Assembly: GCA_963738925.1 (NCBI GenBank)
Contig: CAVTYE010000002.1
Location: 727,905-791,904, forward strand
Source of the DNA: an uncultured Chloroflexia bacterium
Lineage (GTDB): Bacteria > Chloroflexota > Dehalococcoidia > SM23-28-2 > RBG-16-64-32
Length of the DNA: 64,000 nucleotides
Direction: 5' to 3'
The first letter of the stretch is position 1. Each line of letters begins with the position of its first letter. The notes under the pieces were generated by a model. The model saw only the letters and a list, made by a program, of their open reading frames with translations, had not been told where the DNA came from and searched no databases. Shown here piece after piece: positions 1-10,000 of the stretch. The position numbers were made by a program, and so were the translations under genes.

Positions 1-1959
1 GTCGTATCCGTAGTGGAAGCAAGTAATCTGATCCAGGGCATCGTGCTGTTCAACGACCCTTCCAGCTGAGTCGTAAACATTGAGACCAAGCGAGCTGTGC
101 CCGTTCACATCTGTGAGAGTGAGCATCCGGTGGTCTTCGTCGTATGTGTACTCAGTGAATGGCCCTTCAGCGGGATCAGATCCGACGTCCTTGACACTCG
201 TGAGATCCCCGTTCTCGTCGTAGTGGAAGGCTACCGTTCGTGTATCCGGATTAGGGAGCGAATCCTCTATCGTCTCAATGCGAGTCGACTCCCCGTCGTA
301 CCCGAATTGCAGATAGGGGGTACCCGCCTGAGCGGCGACTCTATCAAGTCGGCCGTCCTCGTCGTAGGTGACGTCCACCTGATTGTCGTTCCGGTCCAGG
401 ATCGCGGCCAGCCTTCGGATTGAGCCATCGGCCTCGCCGAAGACGAATCTCATCCCGCCTTGGGTGGTCATCGTAAACGTATCGTCAAGTGAGTCGTACG
501 TGAGACTCTCAAGAACCCCTGACGGTGCTAGAAAGTCGCCCGCCGAGTACGTGTACAGGACAGCATGGCCATCGGGGTGGTAGACGTAGATGTCCGAACC
601 AGAGGTCTCAGTGTGCATGTCGTAGTTATGAGTCCATCCGTACCCCAGCGGCCCGTCTTCTGGCGCTCCGGAGTGATACGTACGGGTAAAAGCGAGACCG
701 ATGCCCGGCGTTGGCATCTGGATGTCTGTATGGACATGCTCGAAGTCTCCCGTAGCTAGATTGACCGGGTCTGGGCTCCACGCATCGGGGTGACAAAGCC
801 AATATGTCTGAAAAGGACAAGCCGATGCGGTTGGAGACTTCGGATCGTAGGCGCTGGTCAGCCCATTGAGAGTGAACGTGTAGTCAGTCTCGATGATGCC
901 TTCGTACGAGGAAACGAGAATCGTGTACGTGCCGTCTGCATGAAGCGTGCAGTTTTCAAGAACGTTTAGGCAGAAACTAGAGCCTCCACCAGGAGGGAAG
1001 ACCATGCCATGAACGTTGTACGGATCGTACGCTGGATCCAGCTCGTAGTTGATGACGTCTCCGGTATGCCCAGTGAATGTGTAGGCCTTCACTTCCCCTT
1101 GATCCAGCGACCCTGTCTTGGTTTGCCCGTATCCTGTCGAGGTCGCTCCAACGGGGGAATTGGTTCTCTGAATGTGGACGAAGTAATCAACAGACGTGTC
1201 GCCTGGGAGGCGCTCAATAAGGAGCGTGTGGGTGCCACTGTCAATCAACGGGCACGCCATATCCGAGTAGTGATTGGAACTGTTGCCGTACCCCAGGTCG
1301 GGGCCGCCGGCGCCGCAATACAGCTGACCGTTCGGGCGAAAGACACGGAAGAAAGTGTTAATGTCGTCGTCGGTATCCGTGACAAACTTGATGTAGGCGC
1401 GATCTCCCGAGGAGCCGCTGAAGGTAAGGGTCGCTGCTTCTCCTGACGCTAGAGAACCAGATACCGTATCACCGTAAGCCAGGGATGGTCCGGAGGCCTT
1501 CTTGAGGAGGGAGACTCTATAATCGCCCGTGCCCGATCCGCTCAGAGAGGTCGCCTTCACAATGGCCGTTGTTCCATCCAAAACACAACCGATCGAAACC
1601 TCAATCCACCTCCCATCGTCACCGGCCGAAGAACTGGTACTGCAGAGGACAGACCCGTTCGGTCGTGTCAGAGACACCTTGGGATCAAGGTCCGACGACA
1701 TGGTGGTCATCAGCAGAACCACCGCGTCGCCGTCGGACCCCGTAAGTGTGTATTCGTCCACCTGTGACGTGCTGGCTATCGAACACTCGACCGTGTCGCC
1801 GTAGCTGATCGTCGAGGGACAAGTCGCTAATACCGTCGAATAGTCGCCCACGGTAAACAAAAGGGCGATGGCGACGACAAAGATCGAGAGGAGCCAAGTG
1901 ACTCGGGATTGGACGAGATGCACGGGGATCCCGTGACTGCCGAAGATTGACCAGGACAT
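1..1959 (-). CDS. RHS/YD-repeat protein, N-terminal 653 codons (3' end lies beyond the window edge)
   Basis: Absent from the ORF track because no stop lies inside the window. The reverse-strand ATG at 1959 (GGAGAA ending 4 nt upstream) opens a frame that stays open to nt 1. Translation begins MSWSIFGSHG...VTWLLSIFVVAIALLF (hydrophobic anchor/signal). Three ~100-aa beta-sandwich-like modules follow (EYTLTGSDGD, ATLTFSGSSGD, KAYTFTGHTGD). Then comes the RHS shell entry motif DPVNLATGDFEHVHTDIQMPTPGIGLAFTRTYHS and YD repeats (VTYDEDGRL, FHYDENGDL, YTYDEDHRM, FHYGYD at nt 18-1). Confidence 0.85.
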   Translation of the reverse strand, partial: MSWSIFGSHGIPVHLVQSRVTWLLSIFVVAIALLFTVGDYSTVLATCPSTISYGDTVECSIASTSQVDEYTLTGSDGDAVVLLMTTMSSDLDPKVSLTRPNGSVLCSTSSSAGDDGRWIEVSIGCVLDGTTAIVKATSLSGSGTGDYRVSLLKKASGPSLAYGDTVSGSLASGEAATLTFSGSSGDRAYIKFVTDTDDDINTFFRVFRPNGQLYCGAGGPDLGYGNSSNHYSDMACPLIDSGTHTLLIERLPGDTSVDYFVHIQRTNSPVGATSTGYGQTKTGSLDQGEVKAYTFTGHTGDVINYELDPAYDPYNVHGMVFPPGGGSSFCLNVLENCTLHADGTYTILVSSYEGIIETDYTFTLNGLTSAYDPKSPTASACPFQTYWLCHPDAWSPDPVNLATGDFEHVHTDIQMPTPGIGLAFTRTYHSGAPEDGPLGYGWTHNYDMHTETSGSDIYVYHPDGHAVLYTYSAGDFLAPSGVLESLTYDSLDDTFTMTTQGGMRFVFGEADGSIRRLAAILDRNDNQVDVTYDEDGRLDRVAAQAGTPYLQFGYDGESTRIETIEDSLPNPDTRTVAFHYDENGDLTSVKDVGSDPAEGPFTEYTYDEDHRMLTLTDVNGHSSLGLNVYDSAGRVVEQHDALDQITCFHYGYD

Positions 1960-2541
1960 GGCATTCTCCTGACCGCTCGGACTCGGAGCAGTAGCTGGAA
2001 CTTTAGGGCGCTAGTTGGCCCGGTTAGGCTAAGTCACATGAGGGAGCTCGACAACGCGTCAACGCCTTCTTAATGTGGATAACTCGGCTTCGGTACACTA
2101 TGTTGAGACTACCCTCGACGAAATGGAAATCGACTCCAACTGCCCCAGCGGGATGACTTCGAGACAGAGAATCCAGATTTCGCGAGAGTCAGAAGGCTTG
2201 CCGACACAGCGCCCCTCAGTTACGGTCAATGCTTTATCACAGCCCAAGTCAGATTCTCCGAGGGGCCGTGTCGGGGCGAAATCACCTGAACCTGTACGGA
2301 AGCCGTATCTGGACGGCGGACATACACCGCTCCCTCTGACTGCGGATCGAGACTTCTTGACTCTGATTCAAGAGGTCCAGAATCCCCTTCGCCCTGGTCA
2401 GAATTCGTATCTGACGACGACTGATTGTTCCCCGTCAGCGACTTTCGGAATCTGAGTAAGCAGTTCTTAATGGACAGTTGAAGGGTTTGCTCTCGCTCCC
2501 CAGCGAGCGGTAGGTTACCGCCCAGAGGAAGGAGCAAAGCA

Positions 2542-2928
2542 GTGCCGAGGAAGAGTTCGACAGCAGAAGCGTTGGCCGAGGCAGAGACGGACGAGACCCG
2601 CCAATTCGTCCGCCAGGTGAGAAGGGCGACCCGCCGCAAGTTCACCCCCGAGGAGAAGGTGCGGGTCGTGCTGCAGGGGTTCCGGCGCGAGGTGCCGGTG
2701 AGTGAGCTCTGCCGCCGGGAGGGCATCAAGCCGAACGTCTACTACTCGTGGCTCAAGGACTTCATGGAAGCCGGCAAGTCGAGGCTTCAAGCAGACACGG
2801 TACGGGATGCCACGCGGGCAGAGGTGGACGGCTTCCGGCGAGAGAACGAGCAACTGAAGCAGCTGGTGGCGGAGCTCTCGCTCGAGGTCCTGGTGCTTAA
2901 AAAAACAGCCGTTCCCGACTTCGACTGA
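2542..2928 (+). CDS. IS3-family transposase OrfA (HTH plus leucine zipper)
   Basis: 128 aa. It has RRKFTPEEKVRVVLQG...VSELCRREGIKPNVYYSWLKDF and a coiled-coil ENEQLKQLVAELSLEVLVLKK, typical of IS3/IS911-type OrfA. The GTG start is preceded by GGAAGGAG. Confidence 0.9.
   Translation: MPRKSSTAEALAEAETDETRQFVRQVRRATRRKFTPEEKVRVVLQGFRREVPVSELCRREGIKPNVYYSWLKDFMEAGKSRLQADTVRDATRAEVDGFRRENEQLKQLVAELSLEVLVLKKTAVPDFD
2899..2905 (+). promoter_or_regulatory. A7 slippery run, candidate -1 frameshift site joining orfA to orfB
   Basis: orfA reads CTT AAA AAA ACA. The orfB frame is -1 relative to orfA. That -1 frame is closed by TAA at 2898-2900 and open from 2901 to the orfB ATG at 2946. The frames can therefore only be joined within or after the A7 run. 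The heptamer phase is not the canonical X XXY YYZ, so transcriptional slippage is an alternative mechanism. Confidence 0.6.
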
Positions 2929-2945
2929 GGCCGAGGTACGCACGC

Positions 2946-3914
2946 ATGGAGCCTGCTGAAAAGGCAACCGTGATCGCGCTCGTACGAGCCTCGCCCCTGC
3001 CGCACAAGCAAGTGTTGGCCCAGCTGGGGCTGCCGAAGTCGACCTACTACGACTGGTGCGGCCGCGGCGGCCGGACGCTGCCGCCCAAGACACCCTGGAA
3101 CAGGCTGCGGCCAGAGGAAGAGGAATCTATCCTGGCGCTGGCCCGGGCCTCGCCGGAGCTGAGCCCGAGGGAACTGTCGCTGCGCATCACCGATGCCGGC
3201 GCTTTTTCTGTATCTGAATCCTCCTGCTACCGCCTGCTCAAGCGCCACGGCCTCGTAAAGCCAGCGGAAGTGCTGGGGTTCGCTGCCCAGAAAGAGTTCT
3301 ACCGCAAGACGGCGCGCCCCAACCAGATGTGGGCCACCGACGGCGCCTACCTTAAGGTCGCCGGCTGGGGTTACTACTACCTCGTCACCGTCCTCGACGA
3401 CTACAGCCGCTTCATTCTGGCCTGGCGTCTGCAGACGGACATGACGGCTGGATCCTTGATCGAGGTGGTCCAGGACGCGGTGGAGAAGACTGGCATGACC
3501 GAGGTACCGCTCAGTGACCGGACCTCACTCCTCTCCGACAACGGACCCGGCTACCTCTCCCACGTTTTCGCTGCTTACCTAAGGCTGCTCGGCATCCGCC
3601 ACATCGTCTCGGCACCCTATCACCCTCAGACGAACGGCAAGATCGAGCGCTACCACCGCACCCTCAAAGGACAGGTCAAGCTGGTGGTCTATGAGACACC
3701 CGCCGTGCTGGAGCAGGCCCTCGCCGACTTCGTTGACTACTACAACTACCTCCGCTACCACGAGGGCATCGGCAACGTCACCCCAGCCGATGTCTACTAC
3801 GGGCGCCGGGACGAGATCCTGGCCAAGAGAAAGGAGGTCAAACAGAGGACGCTACAACAGCGACGGGACTGTTTCCCGTCAGCGACTTTCGGAATCTGTA
3901 TAAGCAGTTGTTAA
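2946..3914 (+). CDS. IS3-family transposase OrfB (rve/DDE integrase core), native 3' end replaced by the copy B insertion
   Basis: Carries WATDGAYLKV...YYLVTVLDDYSRFILAW...LLSDNGPGY...YHPQTNGKIERYHRTLK (DDE/rve core). The C-terminus reads ...QQRRDCFPSATFGICISSC instead of ...QQRRDYNRASNE as in copy B, because the frame runs into the copy B IRL at 3870. Confidence 0.85.
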   Translation: MEPAEKATVIALVRASPLPHKQVLAQLGLPKSTYYDWCGRGGRTLPPKTPWNRLRPEEEESILALARASPELSPRELSLRITDAGAFSVSESSCYRLLKRHGLVKPAEVLGFAAQKEFYRKTARPNQMWATDGAYLKVAGWGYYYLVTVLDDYSRFILAWRLQTDMTAGSLIEVVQDAVEKTGMTEVPLSDRTSLLSDNGPGYLSHVFAAYLRLLGIRHIVSAPYHPQTNGKIERYHRTLKGQVKLVVYETPAVLEQALADFVDYYNYLRYHEGIGNVTPADVYYGRRDEILAKRKEVKQRTLQQRRDCFPSATFGICISSC

Positions 3915-3985
3915 TGGACAACTGAAGGGTTTGCTCTCGCTCCCCAGCGGGCGGTAGGTTACCGCCCAGAGGAAGGAGCAAAACA

Positions 3986-4372
3986 GTGCCGAGGAAGAGT
4001 TCGACAGCAGAAGCGTTGGCCGAGGCAGAGACGGACGAGACCCGCCAATTCGTCCGCCAGGTGCGAAGGGCGACGAGACGGAAGTTCACCCCCGAGGAGA
4101 AGGTGAGGGTCGTACTGCAGGGGTTCCGGCGCGAGGTGCCGGTGAGCGAACTCTGCCGCAGGGAGGGCATCAAGCCGAACGTCTACTACGCCTGGCTCAA
4201 GGACTTCATGGAGGCCGGCAAGTCGAGGCTTCAGGCAGACACGTTAAGAGACGCTACGCGGGCAGAGGTTGACGGCTTCCGGCGTGAGAACGAGCAGTTG
4301 AAGCAGCTGGTGGCGGAGCTCTCGCTCGAGGTCCTGGTGCTTAAAAAAACAGCCGTTCCCGACTTCGACTGA
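3986..4372 (+). CDS. IS3-family transposase OrfA
   Basis: 128 aa, near-identical to the copy A OrfA (the ORF-track translations differ at only 2 of 128 residues). Confidence 0.9.
   Translation: MPRKSSTAEALAEAETDETRQFVRQVRRATRRKFTPEEKVRVVLQGFRREVPVSELCRREGIKPNVYYAWLKDFMEAGKSRLQADTLRDATRAEVDGFRRENEQLKQLVAELSLEVLVLKKTAVPDFD
4343..4349 (+). promoter_or_regulatory. A7 slippery run (copy B)
   Basis: Same CTTAAAAAAACAGCC context as copy A. orfB (4390) is in the -1 frame relative to orfA (3986). Confidence 0.6.
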
Positions 4373-4389
4373 GGCCGAGGTACGCACGC

Positions 4390-5337
4390 ATGGAGCCTGC
4401 TGAAAAGGCAACCGTGATCGCGCTCGTACGAGCCTCGCCCCTGCCGCACAAGCAAGTGTTGGCCCAGCTGGGGCTGCCGAAGTCGACCTACTACGACTGG
4501 TGCAGCCGCGGCGGCCGGACGCTGCCGCCCAAGACACCCTGGAACAGGCTGCGGCCAGAGGAAGAGGAATCTATTCTGGCGCTGGCCCGGGCCTCGCCGG
4601 AGCGGAGCCCGAGGGAACTGTCGCTGCGCATCACCGATGCCGGCGCTTTTTCTGTATCTGAGTCCTCCTGCTACCGCCTGCTCAAGCGCCACGGCCTGGT
4701 GAAGCCGGCCGAGGTGCTGGGCTTCGCCGCCCAGAAGGAGTTTTACCGCAAGACCTCGCACCCCAACCAGATGTGGGCCACCGACGGCGCCTACCTTAAG
4801 GTCGCCGGCTGGGGTTACTACTACCTCGTCACCGTCCTCGATGACTACAGCCGCTTCATCCTGGCCTGGCGCCTGCAACTGGACATGACGGCTGGCTCCT
4901 TGATCGAGGTAGTCCAGGACGCCGTGGAGAAGACCGGCATGACCGAAGTTCCGCTCAGCGACCGGACCTCACTCCTCTCCGACAACGGACCCGGCTACCT
5001 CTCCCACGTCTTCGCTGCTTACCTAAGGCTGCTCGGCATCCGCCACATCGTCTCGGCACCCTATCACCCTCAGACGAACGGCAAGATCGAGCGCTACCAC
5101 CGCACCCTCAAAGGACAGGTCAAGCTGGTGGTCTATGAGACACCCGCCGTGCTGGAGCAGGCCCTCGCCGACTTCGTTGACTACTACAACTACCTCCGCT
5201 ACCACGAGGGCATCGGCAACGTCACCCCAGCCGATGTCTACTACGGTCGCCGGGACGAGATCCTGGCCAAGAGAAAGGAGGTCAAACAGAGGACGCTACA
5301 ACAGCGACGGGACTACAATCGAGCCAGCAACGAGTGA
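4390..5337 (+). CDS. IS3-family transposase OrfB (rve/DDE), intact
   Basis: 315 aa with the same DDE core motifs as copy A. Native C-terminus ...RRDYNRASNE. Confidence 0.9.
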   Translation: MEPAEKATVIALVRASPLPHKQVLAQLGLPKSTYYDWCSRGGRTLPPKTPWNRLRPEEEESILALARASPERSPRELSLRITDAGAFSVSESSCYRLLKRHGLVKPAEVLGFAAQKEFYRKTSHPNQMWATDGAYLKVAGWGYYYLVTVLDDYSRFILAWRLQLDMTAGSLIEVVQDAVEKTGMTEVPLSDRTSLLSDNGPGYLSHVFAAYLRLLGIRHIVSAPYHPQTNGKIERYHRTLKGQVKLVVYETPAVLEQALADFVDYYNYLRYHEGIGNVTPADVYYGRRDEILAKRKEVKQRTLQQRRDYNRASNE

Positions 5338-5404
5338 GAGCCCGCCCCAAAAAGTGTCCATTAGCAAAAGGGCCGAAAAGTCCGAAAGTTGCTGACGACG
5401 TACA

Positions 5405-5504
5405 CGACGGGACTACAATCGAGCCAGCAACGAGTGAGAGCCCACCCCAAAAAGTGTCCATTAGCAAAAGGGCCGAAAAGTCCGAAAGTTGCTGACGACG
5501 TACA
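5405..5504 (+). mobile_element. Right-terminal 100 bp of IS copy A (9-bp duplicated target plus 91 bp including IRR)
   Basis: 5405-5504 repeats 5305-5404 with one mismatch seen (G/A at 5344/5444). 2426-3869 plus 5414-5504 sums to 1,535 bp, the same length as copy B. Confidence 0.85.
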
Positions 5505-5790
5505 CTCGCGGGAAGTCCATCCAACGGAATTTCTGGATCGGAGCCTTGTTTGTTGCTGTCCATCTCCGCTGCTCTGGCGTCGTTGCCGCAGTGTACTGAT
5601 CGTCAAAGTTCAGGCGGTTAAGCAGGTACTCCGACTGTCCATCGGGAGCCGTGCGCTTGATGGCGAAACCAGCGAGGTCCTTCGTGAGACTTTAGTCCAG
5701 GTCGAACGCGAGGAGAACCGCTTCGTCACCGCGGTAGGCGCGTATGGAGATGGCGCTGGTTCTGCCTGCTGGCTTTTGAGTCTTGGGCAT
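5505..5790 (-). pseudogene. 5' fragment of an unknown gene, with an in-frame TAA and truncated by the IS right end
   Basis: Reverse-strand ATG at 5790 is preceded by GGAAGAAGGA. It reads MPKTQKPAGRTSAISIRAYRGDEAVLLAFDLD, then TAA at 5694-5692. The same frame continues as plausible protein (SLTKDLAGFAIKRTAPDGQSEYLLNRLNFDDQYTAATTPEQRRWTATNKAPIQKFRWMDFP) until it hits the IS end at 5504. Family not recognised. Confidence 0.5.
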
Positions 5791-6122
5791 CGCTCGTCCT
5801 TCTTCCTAGCGACGTACGCTGTAGCGGAGAGCTTAGCCCTGGGCAGTGATGTTGAGGCGCGCTTCAGCGCGTTCAGGCCGACAGGCCAGGGTTACTCCCC
5901 TAGCCTCGGATCCAAAAGGCTTGGAAGGTGGCAGCCTTCGAACTCGAGGACGCGATATTCGACTGCTGGGACTCTACTGCCGCCCGTCAAAGCTGTCAAC
6001 GCCCGGGATAGCGATCGAGGTTCCGCTGATGCCACACTAAGGTCGGGGTTGCTCTCGTGCGATTTGGTGATCGCCGCCCACGACGATGATTCCGTGAATC
6101 AGGCCAGATACAAATGAAGGGT

Positions 6123-6860
6123 CTACGGACGAGATCCCGCGCCGCGCAGGGCGAGTTGATCATCAATCGGAATGGCAATGTTTGCTCTTACCAGGCGGGA
6201 CTCCCCGCCAACCACGCGCGCGACAGCCTCACTGCGGCTTCGGCAGTCCAACTTCCCCAATATGTTCCGCACGTGTTGTTGAGAAGTTCTCGGAGAGATT
6301 CCCAGCCTTTGACCGATTTCAGCGTCACTGTACCCTTGCGCAACGAGTTCGATTACTTGGACTTCGCGAGGGCTGAGACTTCGCCACCCTGGCGAGACTA
6401 AGGGGGATTCTCGGACAGGCTCGATTCCCGCCGACACTAGCTGCGTCGCGACCGACAACGAAAAGGCGATTCCCCCTCGACAAGTCAACTCAACCGCTGT
6501 ACGGATTGTCTCGATGGGCTCTGATTTTAGGACGAACGATTGTGCGCCGTAGGACATGGCACCAAAGACAACAGTCTGATCAAGATCGCTCGTGAGAACC
6601 ATAAGTAGGCACTCTGGGAAGCGTCCCTTGAGGACCGCAATGTAGCTGGCGTCGAACTTCCCTCCGACACTTGGGTCGCACACCACTACATCAACGCACC
6701 TCGACTCCAGCGATTCGAGATCATCGCCTGGTGAACAAGAGAAGATGATCGAACCATCGATCGTCTGGATAGTTCTTGTCAACGCGTCAACGAAGAGTGG
6801 GTTTTCGTCGACGATGAGGATACGAGGTTTCCCTTCCACGTCATGGTGCATGGCAGTCAC
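6123..6860 (-). CDS. Response regulator, NarL/FixJ (LuxR-type HTH) family
   Basis: REC motifs: ILIVDENPLF, VVVCDPS, LMVLTSD, FVLKSEP. C-terminal HTH: LSPREVQVIELVAQGYSDAEIGQRLGISPRTSQQHVRNILGKL. Confidence 0.85.
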   Translation of the reverse strand: MTAMHHDVEGKPRILIVDENPLFVDALTRTIQTIDGSIIFSCSPGDDLESLESRCVDVVVCDPSVGGKFDASYIAVLKGRFPECLLMVLTSDLDQTVVFGAMSYGAQSFVLKSEPIETIRTAVELTCRGGIAFSLSVATQLVSAGIEPVRESPLVSPGWRSLSPREVQVIELVAQGYSDAEIGQRLGISPRTSQQHVRNILGKLDCRSRSEAVARVVGGESRLVRANIAIPIDDQLALRGAGSRP

Positions 6861-6972
6861 CTTTCCGCGTAGGCCGTCTCCTTACGCATTCTAGCGTACG
6901 TAGTCGCGTTCACCACCCGAATTGGGATACGTATTGTTAGGAATTGCTGCGCCGAACGCCCGAACTTACCTT

Positions 6973-6995
6973 AGATAAGGATCAAACTATTATCT
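6973..6995. promoter_or_regulatory. Inverted repeat AGATAA-N11-TTATCT upstream of the giant RHS gene (candidate operator)
   Basis: AGATAA at 6973-6978 and TTATCT at 6990-6995. They lie in the AT-rich spacer between the divergent response-regulator gene and the RHS gene, 17-39 nt upstream of the RHS ATG. Confidence 0.25.
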
Positions 6996-7011
6996 TTAGC
7001 GGGGGTTCTAC

Positions 7012-10000
7012 ATGTTGTCCACAACAGTTCGTGCAATCGGTGCTCTACTACTGGTCGCCCTATTCTTCGCGTGGTCATCAGCACACGTTCCGGTAACCCT
7101 CGCTGATCCTTCAGCTTCCGGTGCTGATGCTCCTTATCCTCTCAACCACACGTTCGACGGTGACTCGCACACGGTTGACGTTGGTCTAACAAATGGGGAC
7201 TTCGCAGCCGATTCGGAACCGGCGGCCGCGCCGGACAACAACGACTTCAACGACGCCACCTCGTGGGCTGGCAGCCCTCCCAGCAACTCAGATTTTTCTA
7301 CAGGCGATTTCACTGGCTGGTCGCGGGTAAACAACACATCTATCCAATACAACTCCGGTCAGGGCTACTACGGTCAAATGGGCGGATACAGTGAATTGAT
7401 CACCGCCCCCTTCGATGTTGATGACGATGCCCAGGTCTTCACTTTCACGGCAGGCTTCTTTGGCCCATACACCACCAACTGGCTCGATGTTTCAGTTCTC
7501 TCTGGATCCGGGTACTCCACTCAGACTTATTTGACCAGCTACTCTTGTTGGTTCTGCAACGGTGTTTGGTGGGGGTGGTTGACGGCGAATGCCGAGGCCT
7601 TCAGGGGTCAGTCCATTGAGCTGATATTTAATTCGTCGACTCCAGGGACAACGGCCGTCGATGACGTCAATCAGGCAATCATGCTTCCGGGGTATGACCT
7701 GTCGGGCAACGTAAGGCGATATGGAGACGGCTACGGAAATGACTTTGCGCATCTGGACGGTGGCGCGGCCGTCACGTCGTCGGCTGTTACGGTGCCCGAC
7801 GACGCGGATTTTCTCCGGCTTGACGTCAACGGGTATAACAATGCTGGTTTGAGTAAGGTCTCCGTCGCTATCTTGAGCGGAACTGACTTTGGCACGACGG
7901 ACTGGGTCATCAATCAGCAGTACATGCCTTACGGGTGGAGTACCCGATGGATCAGTCTCGAGGGGTATAAAGGGCAGACTGTCAAGATCGTGGTTGGAGA
8001 GAACCAAGATGGCATAGGCGTCGACAATATCTCCTTATGGAACGAAGTACCCGGGTGGTCTACCGCCGGCTCCGTATCACATGTTCGTGACGGCACCGAT
8101 GATTACGTTATCAACCGCGGCTGGTTAATCACACCGCCGATAGATTTAACAGACGAAACCCAGCAAGTGTCGTTCCGCTGGAAGACAGAGGGGGCGGCGG
8201 TCGATGAGTACTACATCGACGTGCTCTCTGGCACGGACTTTGGCACCGAGACCCACATGGTCTACAAGGATGGCTACAACACAGGCTGGCAGTGGATGAC
8301 CGTAGGTCTCAGCCAGTTTGCCGGTCAGACGGTCAAGATCAGGTTCCATCAATGGTATGGCGTGTCGCTCTTAGACGACGTTTCGATCGAGGACACCGTG
8401 CCGGGGTGGACGGTGAATAGCTATTCCGGTGTCGGCGGAGTCGTCACCGGTGAAGATGGCAACGGGACCTTCGTGACGCCATCGGAAAACGGCGACCCGA
8501 TGGACCTCTACTCGTCGCACATCTCAGTGAACCTGCTGGACCGCTCTGGAGTGACAGACCTGGCCTACTTCGACATCAAGTACACCCTCGGTTACGTCTC
8601 AAGCAGCCTTCTGCAAGTCTACTGGCATGGCGATGACGATTCGACCACGCAGATATTCCAGGATGGCGCTAGCTCGCCATCGACACGCACCGGGTTCATC
8701 TGGTTGCCAGACTACTATGGCAACGGCCGATTCGAGATTTACGGATATGGAGTCCGCGTCTACTCGCTTGGGGATAATGTTGCCACGGAGCAACTTCAAG
8801 AGCCCTTCTCCCAAAAAGTGGGGCAGCAGGTCGATACTTCGACCGGCAACTTCGGATATCAAGAGCTTGATCTCAAGACCAACGGCCGGGTGCCTCTTGT
8901 CTTGGAGCGTTACTACAACGGTCACTCCGACCAATTCGGAGAGCTAGGATACCGATGGTCTAACTCGTTCGATACTCATCTGGTGCTTGAAGGCGGCACC
9001 GAACATGTGAGTGTGGCGTTCGGGTCGGGGACCGAAGAGTTCTTCATCACCAACTATATAGGCGGTTACTATCCAGCCGACAGGAGAATCACCGATTCAC
9101 TAACGCACAACGGGGATGGTACCTACACGCTTAAGACGAAGAACGGTACCAACTACGACTTCGATTCTTACGGAAAGCTCAACTCGATTACTGACCTCAA
9201 GGGAAATGTTGTCTCCCTGACCTATAGTTCGGACCGTCTTAGTGAAGTCGAAGACCCGGACGGGCGAACCCTCAATTTCGATTACGACGCAAACGGTCAT
9301 CTGGAGACGGTTAGCGGCCCCGACGAGGCCGTCGTTAGCTACTCATACGATTCCAACGGCGATCTGACATCAGTCTCTGATCCCGAGGACGGCGTCCGTA
9401 CGTACAGCTACGACAAGCATCGGTTGATCGAAGCCGATGACCAGAATGACAATCCAATCTTCACCAACACTTTCGACTCCGTTAACCGCGTCACCGAGCA
9501 AACGGACGCCCAGGACAATACGATTCACATCAGCTACGACGATCCGGATAAAGGTGTGACGACGGTTACCGATCCTAACGGAAACTCCGCGCTCTTCTAT
9601 CACGATCAGTACGACCGTACGACGGACAAGGTCGATGCGCTGGGGAACACTGTTTCGTATGTCTACGACGACAATGGAAGCCTCCAAAGCATCGTCGATC
9701 CGCACTTCAACGAGTGGGCCTTTGAATTCGATAGCAGCGGCGATCTCACTCACACCGAAGACCCCTTGGGCAATCCAGTATCGATCACCTACGGTGCCAA
9801 CCATCTGCCGACAACCGTGACGGATGGGCGAGGGTTTACGACCTATATCACATACGACACGCACGGGAATGTCACAAGTGTCACTGATCCGACACGGGTC
9901 ACAATTGGAACCTCTGAAGCCTCTGTCGATGGGTGCGGCACCGGCGGAACCGGCGACGGGATCGACGATGACAGCGACGGCAGGATCGACGATGGATGCC

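Larger units (their letters stand above)
2426..3869 (+). mobile_element. IS3-family IS, copy A, left 1,444 bp (interrupted by copy B)
   Basis: IRL TGTTCCCCGTCAGCGACTTTCGG starts at 2426. The sequence is colinear with copies B and C up to CGACGGGAC (3861-3869). The IRL of copy B (TGTTTCCCGTCAGCG) starts immediately after, at 3870. Confidence 0.85.
3870..5404 (+). mobile_element. IS3-family IS, copy B, complete (1,535 bp), inserted inside copy A
   Basis: IRL TGTTTCCCGTCAGCGACTTTCGG is at 3870. IRR ...CCGAAAGTTGCTGACGACGTACA ends at 5404. The termini are TG...CA and imperfectly inverted. The element is flanked by a 9-bp direct repeat CGACGGGAC (3861-3869 and 5405-5413). Confidence 0.9.

Noticed and set aside
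5305-5504. The 2 x 100-bp tandem direct repeat, considered as a possible CRISPR-like or minisatellite array.
   Set aside because: Both units are the right terminus of the IS element (including IRR). The duplication is fully explained by IS-in-IS insertion. There are no spacers and only two units.
5389-6117. 242-aa plus-strand ORF.
   Set aside because: It begins inside the duplicated IS end and runs antisense to the pseudogene stump with better coding signal on the minus strand. The translation has no motif.
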